A stretch of 64,000 nucleotides of DNA from an uncultured delta proteobacterium (GCA_963752595.1 CAVVYZ010000002.1:224001-288000), one strand, 5' to 3'. Positions 39,309 to 51,331 are shown, counted from the first letter of the stretch. Translations and numbers: made by a program. Notes: generated by a model from the letters alone, not told the origin.

Positions 39309-41426
39309 ATGGCAGTCCAAACGCACAACCAAATGGCTAATTTCATCTGGAGTATCTGCAATCTCCTCCGCGGCCCGTATAAACGCAACGAATACCGGAA
39401 AGTGATCCTCCCTTTAACCGTTCTCCGGCGCTTCGATTGCATCCTATCTCCCACAAAACAGGCTGTTCTGAACGAATTCAGCCGGCTCAAGGGCAAGTCG
39501 GAGAACATCATTCAGGCCCGCTTGCGCGAGATCACGGGAGTGCCCTTCTACAACCTCTCCCGGCTCACCTTCGAGCGCCTTCTGGACGATCCGAACCAGC
39601 TCGCCCCGAACCTGAACAGCTACATCAACGCCTTCTCGCCCAATGTCCGCCGGATATTCGAGCGGTTCGATTTCGGCGTCCAGATACACAGGATGAATGA
39701 AAAGAACCTCCTGTTCGAGGTCATCAAGAAATTCGCGTCTCCCGATATCGATCTCTCCCCGGTCAGGATCGACAATATGCAGATGGGCTACATCTTTGAA
39801 GAGCTGATCCGGATCGGTGCCGAACAGTCCAACGAGGAGGCCGGAGAGCACTTCACCCCGCGCGAGGTCATCAGGCTCATGGTGAATCTCCTGCTTCAGC
39901 CCCTCCGAAGACATGGCCATGCTGAGCAAAAGCCATGTGGTCGTGAAGATCTACGACCCGGCCTGCGGGACGGGCGGCATGCTTTCCGTCTCCGAAAGCC
40001 ATATCAAAACGCTCAATGCCACCGCACAGCCCCACCTGTTCGGACAGGACTGGAACGACGAGGCATGGGCGGTCTGCCGCTCGGACATGCTGATCAAGGG
40101 CGAGGAAGCGGACAATATCAAGCAGGACTGTTCGTTTGAAAGAGACGGCTTCCAAGACGGAGAGATTCGACTATATGCTCGCCAATCCTCCCTTCGGCGT
40201 GGAATGGAAGCAGCAGGCCAGGGCCATCATCTCACGAGCATGAAAAGCTGGGGTACGACGGCCGTTTCGGAGCCGGGCTCCCGCGCATCAACGACGGGTC
40301 GCTCCTTTTTCTGCAGCACATGATTTCCAAGATGCGGCGCCCCGAAGAAGGCGGCAGCCGCATCGCCATCGTCTTCAACGGCTCGCCGCTCTTTACCGGC
40401 GACGCGGGAAGCGGGGAGTCCAACATCCGCCGCTGGATCATCGAGAACGACTGGCTGGAGGCGATCATCGCTATGCCCGACCAGCTTTTCTACAATACGG
40501 GCATCTCCACCTATATCTGGGTCCTGACCAACCGGAAGGAGAAACGCCGGAAAGGGAAGATCCAACTCATCGATGCCCGCGAGTTATCCGTCAAGATGCG
40601 CAAGAGCCTCGGGAACAAGCGCAACCAGATCGGCGACGGCGAAGAAGGCCGGCCGGACCAGATCGCCGACATCAGCCGGATCTACGGGCATTTCACCCAC
40701 GATGAGACCTACACGTTGACCACAAACGGAACGCACAAGACGGTCATTGTCTCCAAGATCTTCGACAACAGCGATTTCGGCTACCATAAAATCACGGTGG
40801 AAAGGCCCCTGCGCCTGAACTTCCAGGCAAGCGCCGGGCGGATCGCCCGCCTGGAGGATGTCAGGGCCTTCCGGAAAATCGCCGAAAGCGACAAGAAGAA
40901 CGAAGCCGTCCGCATCCAGGAGATCGAGGCTGGCAGAGAGCGGCAGGATGCCGTCAGGAAGCTGCTTGCCGACCTGGGTGCAGCAACGGGAGAGAGGCTG
41001 TTCAAGGATCGTCCCGAGTTCCTGAAGGCATTGAAACCCCTTGAACATCAATCGGGCATCCGCCTTTCATCCGCCGAATTGAAGGCGGTCCTGGAAGCAT
41101 TGAGTGAGCGCGATGAAACCGCCGGGATCTGCCGGGACGCCAGGGGGAACCCGGAGGCGGACAGCAGCCTCCGCGACACGGAAAACGTCCCGCTGAAGGA
41201 AAACATCGAGGCATACTTCCAGCGGGAGGTCCTGCCGCACGTGCCGGATGCCTGGATCGATCATGATAAGACCAAGGTCGGCTACGAGATCCCCCTCAAC
41301 CGCCACTTCTACCAATACGAGCCGCCGCGGCCCCTGGAAACGATCGAGGCCGAGATAAAAACGCTGGAAGGTGAGATCCTGGGCATGCTGGCCGAGGTCA
41401 CCGGCAGCGCCGGAGGCAGGTCATGA
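39309..41426 (+). CDS. hsdM: Type I R-M methyltransferase subunit (frameshifts ~39900-40240)
   Basis: ANFIWSI..LLRG, GEHFTPREVI, YDPACGTGGML, MLANPPFG (alternate frame ~40180), FYNTGI, GYEIPLNRHFY. Confidence 0.95.
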
Positions 41427-41459
41427 CAGGATGCTCATCAGGCCCGCCGTACAAAGGGG

Positions 41460-41488
41460 TTGACTTCCTGCCTGAAGATGACGATAAT
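41460..41488 (+). promoter_or_regulatory. Internal sigma70 promoter
   Basis: TTGACT-N17-GATAAT between hsdM and the Abi gene. Confidence 0.75.
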
Positions 41489-41494
41489 ATCTGT

Positions 41495-41553
41495 AGCAAA
41501 CCTGCCGCGCCTCTGCTTTCGGGCATGCGAAATCCGGTGGGTTTTTCTTTTTT
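41495..41553 (+). ncRNA. Structured leader RNA / candidate abiF-type RNA antitoxin or attenuator
   Basis: Outer stem AAACCTGCCG (41498-41507)/CGGTGGGTTT (41535-41544), inner TGCT-TTCG-GGCA hairpin, then a U-rich tract. Confidence 0.6.
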
Positions 41554-41564
41554 CCGGGGCTGTC

Positions 41565-42464
41565 GTGCACTACTCTAAGCCCCCCCTCACCTTCGAGGCC
41601 CAGGCCGAGCTGCTCCTTTCCCGGGGCCTTCAGGCGGATAAAGACGTCCTGATATCCCGCCTGCACAGCGTCAATTATTACCGGCTGAGCGCCTATCTGT
41701 ACCCGTTCAGACAGCCTTCGAATGATGCGTTCAGGGGAAACACGACCCTCGATCTTGTCTGGTGCCATTACACCTTCGACCGCCAGCTGCGGATTCTGGT
41801 CATGGATGCCGTTGAGCGGGTGGAGGTCGCAGTCAGGACCCAGCTTGTATATCATTTTGCACAGGCGCATGGCGCGTTCGGCTATCAGGACCAGAGCTTT
41901 TTCCCAAAGCTGGGCACTGACCGGTACAAGCGCTGGCTCGATGAAATGAAGGACGAGATAGATCGCAGCCGGGAAACGTTCATCAATCACTTCCAGACAA
42001 AATACGGCGACTGCCATGACATGCCTCCCCTCTGGATGCTCTGCGAGGTCATGAGCTTCGGCAGAATGCTGACACTTTTCAACGGCGTTGACGACAGCAT
42101 CCGCCGCCTGATTGCCCGCGAATACGGGACAGAAGACAGAATCCTTCAGTCCTGGCTAGGCGCGCTGAACGTGATCAGAAACATCTGCGCCCATCACGGC
42201 CGCCTCTGGAACCGGGAGCTGGGCTTCAAGCCGTTCATCCCGAAAAGACAGAAATACCCCCAGTGGCATGATCCTTTCGAAGTGCCCAACAACCGGATCT
42301 TTTGCATACTCACCATCCTCAGATATCTCCTTGCGAGAGTGGCCCCCACGAGCCAATGGGATTGCCGGTTTCGAGACCTGCTCGGCCGCTACCCGGAGAT
42401 ACCGCTCAGGGCAATGGGGTTCCCGAATAATTGGGAAACCCATGCGATCTGGAGGAGGGCATGA
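41565..42464 (+). CDS. Abi_2 (AbiD/AbiF) family HEPN ribonuclease
   Basis: KPPLTFEAQ..L.SRGL, VNYYRLSAY, Y.FDRQLR, PLWMLCEVMSFG, HEPN motif RNICAHH. Confidence 0.92.
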   Translation: MHYSKPPLTFEAQAELLLSRGLQADKDVLISRLHSVNYYRLSAYLYPFRQPSNDAFRGNTTLDLVWCHYTFDRQLRILVMDAVERVEVAVRTQLVYHFAQAHGAFGYQDQSFFPKLGTDRYKRWLDEMKDEIDRSRETFINHFQTKYGDCHDMPPLWMLCEVMSFGRMLTLFNGVDDSIRRLIAREYGTEDRILQSWLGALNVIRNICAHHGRLWNRELGFKPFIPKRQKYPQWHDPFEVPNNRIFCILTILRYLLARVAPTSQWDCRFRDLLGRYPEIPLRAMGFPNNWETHAIWRRA

Positions 42465-43779
42465 AAACGTATCGAGCGTATCCGAAATACAAATCTTCCG
42501 GGGTGGAATGGCTCGGCGAGGTGCCGGAGCATTGGGAGGTGAAGAGACATAGATTTGCTTTCACATTTGTTAGTGGAGGCATATCCCTCAACGGAAGAAT
42601 TAGATTATAGGGCGAGGTAACATTCCTTGGGTTTCATCGAAGGACATGAAGACGATTTTATCTTGAAGATACCGAAGATCATATTACCGAAGAAGCAATA
42701 AAGCAGAGTGCAACAGATCTCATTCCCAAGAATAATATATTGGTTGTAATGCGATCCGGAATTTTACGACATTCTATACCTGCTTGTGTAACTAGGCGGG
42801 ATATGACTATTAACCAGGATATCAAAGCTTTTATTCCGGTAGTTCCAATACTCCCATGCTTTCTATGCACGATTTATTGAAGGTAATCAAAGTCAGCTCT
42901 TAACGGAATGGCGAAAAGAAGGAGCAACTGTTGAAAGCCTTGATATGGAACTGATTAATAATTTTGATGTCATCCTCCCATCCTCTCCCGAACAGCAAGC
43001 CATAGCCGCATTCCTCGACTGCGAGACGGGGAGGATTGATGCGCTGGTGGAGAAGAAGGAACGCCTCATCGAACTATTGCGGGAAAAGCGCTCGGCCCTC
43101 ATCTCTCAAGCCGTCACCAAGGGGCTTGATCCATCGGTGAAACTAAAACCTTCCTGGGTGGAATGGCTCGGCGATGTGCCGGAACATTGGGAAGTGAAAA
43201 AAGGGAAATATATAGGTTCCTTACAGAAGCACCCCAAGTGTTACAGAGGAAGAGCAAAATGAAGATGAAGGAACTTTATTTTATATAAAAGTTGAAGACT
43301 TAAATACACTTGAGAACCATGTGTATTTTTCCAAGTCAGCAATTTATTGTATTAAAAATAAAACACCCTTTGTGAATAATGCGTTGATTTTTCCTAAAAG
43401 GGGTGCGGCAATATTTACAAATAAAGTCTCCATCTTAATGAATAGAGCTTTGCTTGACCCTAATATGATGGGCTGGCAAATAAAAAGCTCCCTCGAAATT
43501 AAGTTCTATTACTATGCACTGATTGCCCGCCGCTTAGATGATTTAGCTGATACATCAACAGTTCCTCAAATAAATAATAAACACATATATCCTGAAAATT
43601 TCCCTCTCCCCCCTCTCCCAGAGCAACAAGCCATCGCCGCTTTCCTCGACCGCGAAACAGCCAAGATCGACACCCTCATCGCCAAGGTGGAAACAGCCAT
43701 TGCAAAGTTGAAGGAGTACCGCATCGCCCTCATCAGCGCGGCGGTCACGGGTAAGATCGACATCCGGGAGGCCGCATGA
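42461..43779 (+). CDS. hsdS: Type I R-M specificity subunit (frameshifted)
   Basis: [21 protein letters not shown] repeated as [13 protein letters not shown]; [10 protein letters not shown] twice; [12 protein letters not shown]; two AT-rich TRDs. Confidence 0.93.
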
Positions 43780-46700
43780 AGGCAACCACGGAAAAGGCTT
43801 TTGAAGCCTATATCGAGGAAACCCTGAACAGAAATGGTTGGGAGGAGTGCTCCAACCTGCTCTGGGACAAGAAGCGGGCGCTTTTCCCGGACGTGGTAGT
43901 CCGGTTTATCAAGGATACCCAGGTCGGCCTCTGGACGCAGATGGACAAGCTCCATGGGAGCGAGCTGGGGCAGAAGCTCATCGAGGCCCTGGTCAAGGAA
44001 CGCGCCGCCAAGGGGACCGTCCATATCCTCCGCCACGGCTTCAAGTTCTACGGCAAGACCTTCCGCATGGGGTTATTTCAAGCCTGCCCACGGTCTCAAT
44101 CAGGAAACGCTTGCGCTGTTCCGGAAAAACCTCCTGACCGTCACCCGCCAGGTCCCCTGCCATCCGGCGGACAGCAGCACCATGGACATCGTCCTTGCCA
44201 TGAACGGCCTGCCCGTCGCGACCATGGAGATCAAGAACCCTGTGACCGGGCAGAGCTGGCAGGACGCCGTCCGCCAGTATAAAATACGACCGTGATCCGC
44301 GGGCTCCCCTGTTTCAGTTCCGAACCGGGGCGATCGTCCATTTTGCCGTGGATCCCAACGAAGTGCACATGGCGACCCGCCTGAATGGGGAAAGGACCTT
44401 CTTCCTGCCCTTCAACCGCGGCAGCCATCCCGGCGAGATCCAGTGCGGCAAAGGCAACCCGCAGCACCCGTCCGGGCATCGCACCGGCTATTTCTGGGAA
44501 GAAGTCCTCGGCGAGGAAAGCTTCATCGACATCATCGGGCAGCTTTGTCTTCCTTGAAACCATCGAAGAGACCGTGGACGACGGCAGGGGCGGCCGGATG
44601 AAGGCTGTCAGGGAAACCATGATCTTCCCCCGCTACCACCAGCTCGATGCCGTCCGCAAGCTTGTCGGCACTGCCCGAGGGGAAGGGGGCGGGTATAATT
44701 ATCTCATCCAGCATTCCGCAGGGAGTGGGAAGACGAACAGCATCTCCTGGCTCTCGCACCGCCTTTCCAGCCTCCATACCGAGGCGGACGAGAAGGTGTT
44801 CGACTGCGTCATCGTCATCACGGACCGGCGCGTGCTGGACCGGCAGCTTCAGGACGCCATCTATCAGATCGAGCATGCCCAGGGCGTGGTGAAGGCAATC
44901 GACGAGGATTCCACCCAGCTTGCCGAGGCCCTGGTGGACGGGACCAAGATCGTGATCACCACCCTGCAGAAATTTCCCTTCATCCTCCGCGGCCTGCTCC
45001 GCATTGCCGGGGCCGAGGACCCGGACAATCCCGACGCCGCTTCCGTCGAACGAGGCCAAGGAGTGGGAAGAGAAGATCGCTTCGCGCAGGTATGCCGTGA
45101 TCGTCGACGAGGCCCATTCCAGCCAGACCGGGGAAACCGCGCGGGAGCTTAAGACGAATCCTGGGCGCAGGCACGGAAAACAACGGCGAGGAAGGGGAGT
45201 TCGACTGGGAAGACGGGCTGAACCAGCGTCATGGAATCACGCGGGCAGGCAGAAAAACCTGAGCTTCTTCGCCTTTACCGCGACACCCAAGGGAAAGACC
45301 ATGGAGCTGTTCGGCCGGGCCGGCGCCAGTCCGGCAAGCCGGAGGCCTTCCATACCTATTCCATGAGGCAGGCGATCCAGGAGGGGTTCATCCTCGATGT
45401 GCTGCAGCGCTACACCACCTACAAGACCTATTACAATCTCCTGAAGGAAACCGAGGAAGACCCGTCCATGCCCAAGAAGAAGGCGATCAAGAAGCTGACG
45501 AAGTTCCTGTATCTGCATCCCTACAGCATCGAACAGAAGACGGAGATCATCGTCGAGCATTTCCGGCAGCATGTGAGGAACAAGCTCCGGGGGCGGGCCA
45601 AGGCCATGGTCGTGACCGGCTCGCGCCTGCATGCCGTTCGCTACATGCTCGCCTTCCAGAAGTATATCGCCGAGCACGGGTATATCGGATATCCGGCCCC
45701 TCGTCGCCTTCAGCGGTACGGTGAAAGACCCTGAAACCGGGATCGAATACACCGAGCCGGGAATGAACATCGACGTGGTTACGGGAAAGAACATCTCGGA
45801 AGGCCGGCTTCCGGATAAATTCGACACCTCGGACTACCAGGTGCTGCTGGTGGCCAACAAATATCAGACCGGTTTCGATCAGCCCCTTTTGTGCGCCATG
45901 TACGTGGACAAGCGCCTGGACGGCGTCCAGGCAGTGCAGACCCTTTCGCGGCTGAACCGGACGTATGCGCGGGAAAGAACCTCCTTTCGTTCTGGACTTT
46001 GTCAACGATGCGGAGGGCATTTTCAAGGCATTCAAGCCGTACTATGACGCGACCACCCTGCAGGAGGCCTCCGACCCCAACCACCTGGAAGTCCTGAAAC
46101 ACGAACTGTCGGCCATGCAAGTGTATCATTGGTCGGAAGTGGAGGCCTTCGCCCGGATCTTCTATGTGCCCGAGTACATGCAGAACCCGTCGGATCATGC
46201 CAGGATGCACAAACATATCCAGCCTGCCATGGACCGGTACAAGGCCCTCGATGAGGAAAAAAAGGGCGTCTTCCATGATAAGCTGACGGCGTATGTCCGC
46301 TTCTACGCCTTTGTCAGCCAGATCATCCCGTATTCCGATGCAGAGCTGGAGATGCTGTACAGCTTCGGGCGCTTCCTGCTTCCCAATCTTGGAGACGACG
46401 ATACGGGGATTGCTTCGCATCCTGAAAGACAGGTCATGCTGGAATATTACCGGATCGAGCAGGTCATGTCCGGGGCCATTGTCATGGAAAAAGGCGCGCC
46501 CTACGGGGTAAAAAGCCCGACTGCGGTCGGCACCGGCAAGGCAAAGGATGAAGACAAACCGCTCTCCGAGATCATCAAGACACTGAATGACCGTTTCGGG
46601 ACCGACTTCACAGAGGAAGACCGCCTGTTCTTCGAACAGATCAAGGAAAAGGCCAGCAAAGACGAGCGGGTGATTCAAACCGCCAGAGCAAACACCCTCG

Positions 46701-46876
46701 ACAAATTCGAGCTCGGCATCCGAAAGATCATCGAGTCCCTGATGATGCAGAGAATGGCGGAAAACGACGAGATCGTCACCCGCTACATGGATGACGCGGA
46801 TTTCCAGAAAACCGTTTTCCCCTTGCTGGCGAAAGAAATATACCAGGGTGTGTTATCGGCAGCAGGTGACCTATGA
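43776..46876 (+). CDS. hsdR: Type I R-M restriction subunit (frameshifted)
   Basis: NGLPVATMEIKN, FPRYHQL, QHSAGSGKT, DEAHSSQ, FTATPK, KYQTGFDQP, VQTLSRLNR. Confidence 0.95.
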
Positions 46877-47369
46877 CGCGACATCCTTTACCGGTATAGG
46901 CCATCCTTTTTTTGAGTTAATGAAAACCTAGCTGAGTTTTCGTCCTGTATAATTCCACTTTTTATTAAAACGTATGTGAGGGTTCTTCTCAAAGAAAGTG
47001 AACATCTCTCTTGCGGTCATCAAAGATCGCGCTGTTTTAAAGGTAGTAAACGGAGATCTTTACTCACTGATCAGAGAGACAGACCATAAATATCTATAAG
47101 ATCACCGTACTCCCGAAAGACTTCCTAAAGTTGAGCAATCTGCAAGATAGTATCGTAGCTATATAAACTGTACTGTTAGATCAGATCTCAACTTATTATA
47201 CACATTACGGCATGGAATGTTATTTCCGCATGGTTTATCCGGCCTCGTCCCGGCGCAGCTCCTGTAATTCTTTTTATCTTGAATAAAATCAGAAATGATC
47301 CGCTGCTGATCAATGACGGCGGGATAACGCTCCGGCCTTTCCCTTTGAAGGTCCGGGCCTCCCGCCGCT

Positions 47370-47918
47370 TCATCCGGTAAAGCGCTTACCCTGGGGGCTA
47401 CTGAATTCACAGCCGCAATAGCCCTGTCTGTAGAGGTTGTATGCCTTGCTGAGCTCGATACTGCGAGAGTAGCCGTTTTGCTTTTTGAAATCAAAAGGCT
47501 TGAAAGCCGGGAACGCCTTCCCCACCTCGAAGATCTGTTGGGAAGATTTATAGCGGCTCACGGTCAGAGTTGTGGCGAAAGCCGGGAATTCCAGAATATC
47601 TGCTGCCCGGGCAGTCCTTGCAAGGCTGAACTCGAAGCATTTCATGCATCTCTTGCCATGTTCGGGCTCATCTTCGAATCCACGGATGTGGCGGAGCCAT
47701 GCTTCGTGGTCGTATCCGTCCTCCTCGATTTCCAGATTCAGGATCCCTGCCAGCCTTACGGCATTTTCGAGCCGCTTCAGATACTCATCTTTGGGGTAGA
47801 TATTCGAATTGCTGAAAAACAAGACAGTCTCACAGCCTGAAGCGATCAACCGTTCCGTACACGTGGTTGCGCACGGGCCACAGCAGGTATGGAGCAAAAT
47901 CCTTTTTAAAGTGTTCAT
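47370..47918 (-). CDS. queH: Epoxyqueuosine reductase QueH
   Basis: LLHTCCGPC, NSNIYP..EY.KR, RCMKCF, YRQGYCGC. Confidence 0.92.
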   Translation of the reverse strand: MNTLKRILLHTCCGPCATTCTERLIASGCETVLFFSNSNIYPKDEYLKRLENAVRLAGILNLEIEEDGYDHEAWLRHIRGFEDEPEHGKRCMKCFEFSLARTARAADILEFPAFATTLTVSRYKSSQQIFEVGKAFPAFKPFDFKKQNGYSRSIELSKAYNLYRQGYCGCEFSSPQGKRFTG

Positions 47919-48042
47919 AGAATTTCTTTTGTAGCGTAAACATTGAGGCCTTACAAGCCCATGCCTTGACGATGATATTTGAAAGTACTGCGTTGATACT
48001 GTTATAATAAGTTATAAAGATGCTTTTCAAAAGGGACAGGCA

Positions 48043-48477
48043 ATGACGGTGAAAAGAAAAAAGATCATGCTTATCGTGGATGACAAGAGGGTGATCAGGT
48101 CATTCTTACGGGCAATCGTCGAGAGCAATTTCGATGAATATGATCTGGAAATACTCACCGCGCCGTCAAGCGATACGGCGCTGCAGATCATCGACAAGAA
48201 AAAAGGAAACATCGATCTCATCTCCACGAACATCCACCGGCCCGGTATGGACGGATATGTATTCGTGAATTTCGTCAAGTTCAAGTATCCCCAGATCAAG
48301 ATCCTTATCTGCTCCGGGAGCGCCAAAACAACGGACCTCAAGGAGATGTTCGACAGCAGGCTGGTTGACTCCTACATCAGAAAACCCATCAAAGAAAAGG
48401 ATTATTCGGAAAAGATCAGAAACTTATTCGAATCACAGAACCTCGTCCGGCTGAACTTCCCGGAACATACCCGCTGA
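48043..48477 (+). CDS. Single-domain receiver protein (phosphoacceptor appears Asp->Asn)
   Basis: IVDD, DLISTNIHRPGMDG, CSG, YIRKP. Confidence 0.8.
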   Translation: MTVKRKKIMLIVDDKRVIRSFLRAIVESNFDEYDLEILTAPSSDTALQIIDKKKGNIDLISTNIHRPGMDGYVFVNFVKFKYPQIKILICSGSAKTTDLKEMFDSRLVDSYIRKPIKEKDYSEKIRNLFESQNLVRLNFPEHTR

Positions 48478-48538
48478 CCCGTTCTTCACCGCCGCATTCC
48501 TGCATGATGATCTTCGCGCAAAGCCGGGAACTGCAAAG

Positions 48539-51331
48539 TCAGGTCAGTGCTTCCGTAATGTGCTTGAGCGCTCCTGCAATATCTCTCCCGTCGACATGGA
48601 GACGGATAACCTTCCTGCCTTTTGCCTTCAATGCATTCCAATCGCCCAGGGCCTGGGCGTCTTTCAGGGTGCCGAAGGTAATCGAGGAGCCTCTGGATCC
48701 GGGCTTGTCCGGGATTGCGAGATCCTCAGGATTCGTGCAGGTGATCTGGATAAAGAGACCTTTTCCGGCATCTCCTTTGTGAAGCTGGCCGGTTGAGTGA
48801 AGATAGCGGGGCCCATAGCCGCACATCGTGGCGACCCGGTAGGAGTCCCTGATTTTCATGCGGATAGCGAAGAGGCCGTCAGTTATCCGGGACGAGGGCG
48901 GAAGGTAGGCCTGGATGGCCACGTAGGAGCCGGGCCCGATGAGACCGAGAAAACCCTTCAATGCCTCTTCCAAACTGCCCGCCTTGATATCTCCCAGGAC
49001 GCTGACGCCTTTTCCCTGCCATACAGGTGCGGTTTCCGGCAGTGTTCCGGTCTTCCTGAATGCATCGACCGCCTCACGGGCGCGCACTTTGGCAGCCTCA
49101 ACATCGGGCTGGTCGAAGGGATTGATCGCGAGGATCGTCCCGGCGACGGCCGTGGCCATTTCCCAGAGGAAAAACTGCCCGCCGAGATCATACACATCGT
49201 GAAGATTGATTCCTACCACCGGGTGTCCGGCCTTCTCGAGATCTTTTATGGCGTCGTCATATGTCTCGTCCTCATCCAGCCTCATGTGAACGAAGAGCCT
49301 GTCGTCTCCGTACTGGCCGGGAAAGCCCGGATGCTCGTGCACGATGGGGACGATGCCTTTGCCGGCTTTGCCCGTACTTTCTGCAATGAGCTGCTCAACC
49401 CAGTCGCCGAAGGCCCCAAGGCCCTGGGATATGATAAAGGTGGCCTTATCGCGGCCGGCGCAGGCGAGTTCTCCCAGGATGGCGCCGAGCTTACCGCCAT
49501 GGTTGTTTCCGTCGACCGGGCAGTTGCCGGCTGCGCAGTTCTCGGTCATGACGAGCGCCCTGTCCAGGAGTGTTTTTATATCGACTCCGATGAGCGCGGC
49601 AGGCACGAGACCGAAATGGGAAAGCGCGGAATACCTGCCTCCGATGTCGGGGTTGTTCAGGAACACCGTTCTGAACCGGCGGCTCTTTGCAAGGTCAACC
49701 AGGGATGAGCCGGGGTCGGTAATGGCAATGAAATGCTCCCCGGCCTTTTCTCTCCCCAGGGTTTGTTCGAGAACGGTATAGAAATACGTGAACGCAGAAA
49801 GCGTCTCAACGGTCGAACCCGATTTCGTGGATACGATGAAGAGGCTTTTCGCAGGGTCGAGCCCTTTGCACAGTTCTGCCAGGGCAGCAGGGTCGGTGGT
49901 GTCCACGATGGAAAGGGCGAGCCGGCCGGTGCTTATCCCGAAGATATCGCGCATCACCTCCGGGGCCAGGGAAGACCCGCCCATGCCCAGGAGGTAGGCA
50001 TGGGTATACCCCTCGGAACGTACCAGCCCGGCAAACTGTTCGATCTCGTCTGCATGATCGAGCATCATGCCCGCGATTTCCAGCCAGCCGAGCCTGTTCG
50101 TGATCTCTTTCGGACTGTCCGACCACACGGTGTGGTCATGATTCCAGATCCTCGGGATGATGCCGTCCGCTTTTATCCTTTCCAGGCGGGAGTCGACGGC
50201 CTGCCCGAATCTGCCCAGGCGGGGGTTCAACAGGTGCTTTCCCGCAATGAGCTCTCTCCGCTTTGCCCTGATGCTGTCCATCAGCGAATGGAAAGACCCG
50301 GCGAAGAGGTCCACCCCGTCTTTCTGGAGCTTTGCCGTGAGTGCATCAATGTCTATGCCCTCCCGGGAGAGCCTTTCTATCAGAGCCTTTGCTTCATCCA
50401 TGCCCTGTTCGATCTTGTCTTCCACCTGTCCGTGATCCAGGAATGCCTGCAGCGTCGCAGGGGGGACGGTGTTGACGGTATGAGGCCCGATGAGTTCATC
50501 GAGATAGAGCGTGTCGGGATACTTGGGGTTCTTCGTGCCGGTGCTGGCCCATAAAAGCCTCTGGGGCATTGCGCCCTTCTCTTTGAGGTGCTGCCAGGCT
50601 CGGGAGCCGGATATTTCCTTGAATATCCCGTAGGCCACCTTGGCATTGGCGATAGCTGTCCTGCCCGTGAGTTCTCCGAGACCGAGCCTTTCGAGCTCAG
50701 GATCAAGGGCGGTATCGACCCTGCTCACGAAGAACGATGCCACAGAAGCTGTCTTGCTGATATCTTTGCCGGAAGCAAGGAGCTTTTCCAGGCCGGCAAG
50801 ATATGCCAGGGCTGTTTCCCTATAGCGCTTGACGCAGAAGAGCAGGGTTACATTGACATTGATGCCTTCGCCGATGAGGACTTCGGTCGCGGTCACTCCC
50901 TCCGGCGTTGCCGGGACCTTGATCATGATGTTGGGGCGGTTGAGTGTTGAATAGAGCCTCCCGGCCTCATCGATGGTCTTACTCGCGTCATAGGCGAGCG
51001 ACGGGCTTACCTCGATGCTTACATATCCGTCCAGGCCGCCTGTTTTGTCGTACACGGGCCTGAAAAGGTCGGCGGTATGGGATATGTCCCACAGGGCAAG
51101 GTTTTCGTAGATCCCTTCGATGGAAGTGCCTTTCTTCACCAGGGCTTTGATGTCTTCGTCATAATCCGAGCTGCCTGCAATGGCCTTCTCGAAGATCGTA
51201 GGGTTGGAGGTTACGCCGAGCACTCCCTGATCGATGAGAGACTGCATCTCGCCCGACACGATGAGAGATCTCCGTATATAATCAAACCATATCGCCTGCC
51301 CGATCCCGGCCAATGTATGAAGCTTCGCCAT
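48539..51331 (-). CDS. tal-pgi: Bifunctional transaldolase / phosphoglucose isomerase
   Basis: GVTSNPTIF, MIKVPAT, SFFVSRVD, WASTGTK; then GMGGSSL, IGGRYSALS, EQLIAESTGK, PFDQPDVE. Confidence 0.95.
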   Translation of the reverse strand: MAKLHTLAGIGQAIWFDYIRRSLIVSGEMQSLIDQGVLGVTSNPTIFEKAIAGSSDYDEDIKALVKKGTSIEGIYENLALWDISHTADLFRPVYDKTGGLDGYVSIEVSPSLAYDASKTIDEAGRLYSTLNRPNIMIKVPATPEGVTATEVLIGEGINVNVTLLFCVKRYRETALAYLAGLEKLLASGKDISKTASVASFFVSRVDTALDPELERLGLGELTGRTAIANAKVAYGIFKEISGSRAWQHLKEKGAMPQRLLWASTGTKNPKYPDTLYLDELIGPHTVNTVPPATLQAFLDHGQVEDKIEQGMDEAKALIERLSREGIDIDALTAKLQKDGVDLFAGSFHSLMDSIRAKRRELIAGKHLLNPRLGRFGQAVDSRLERIKADGIIPRIWNHDHTVWSDSPKEITNRLGWLEIAGMMLDHADEIEQFAGLVRSEGYTHAYLLGMGGSSLAPEVMRDIFGISTGRLALSIVDTTDPAALAELCKGLDPAKSLFIVSTKSGSTVETLSAFTYFYTVLEQTLGREKAGEHFIAITDPGSSLVDLAKSRRFRTVFLNNPDIGGRYSALSHFGLVPAALIGVDIKTLLDRALVMTENCAAGNCPVDGNNHGGKLGAILGELACAGRDKATFIISQGLGAFGDWVEQLIAESTGKAGKGIVPIVHEHPGFPGQYGDDRLFVHMRLDEDETYDDAIKDLEKAGHPVVGINLHDVYDLGGQFFLWEMATAVAGTILAINPFDQPDVEAAKVRAREAVDAFRKTGTLPETAPVWQGKGVSVLGDIKAGSLEEALKGFLGLIGPGSYVAIQAYLPPSSRITDGLFAIRMKIRDSYRVATMCGYGPRYLHSTGQLHKGDAGKGLFIQITCTNPEDLAIPDKPGSRGSSITFGTLKDAQALGDWNALKAKGRKVIRLHVDGRDIAGALKHITEALT

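Noticed and set aside
39309-46876. Phase variation or programmed frameshifting of hsd genes
   Set aside because: Breaks are numerous, not at long simple repeats, and equally frequent in housekeeping genes; best explained as sequencing error.
46880-47360. AT-rich region after hsdR as a gene or attachment site
   Set aside because: No convincing ORF, direct repeat or tRNA end found.
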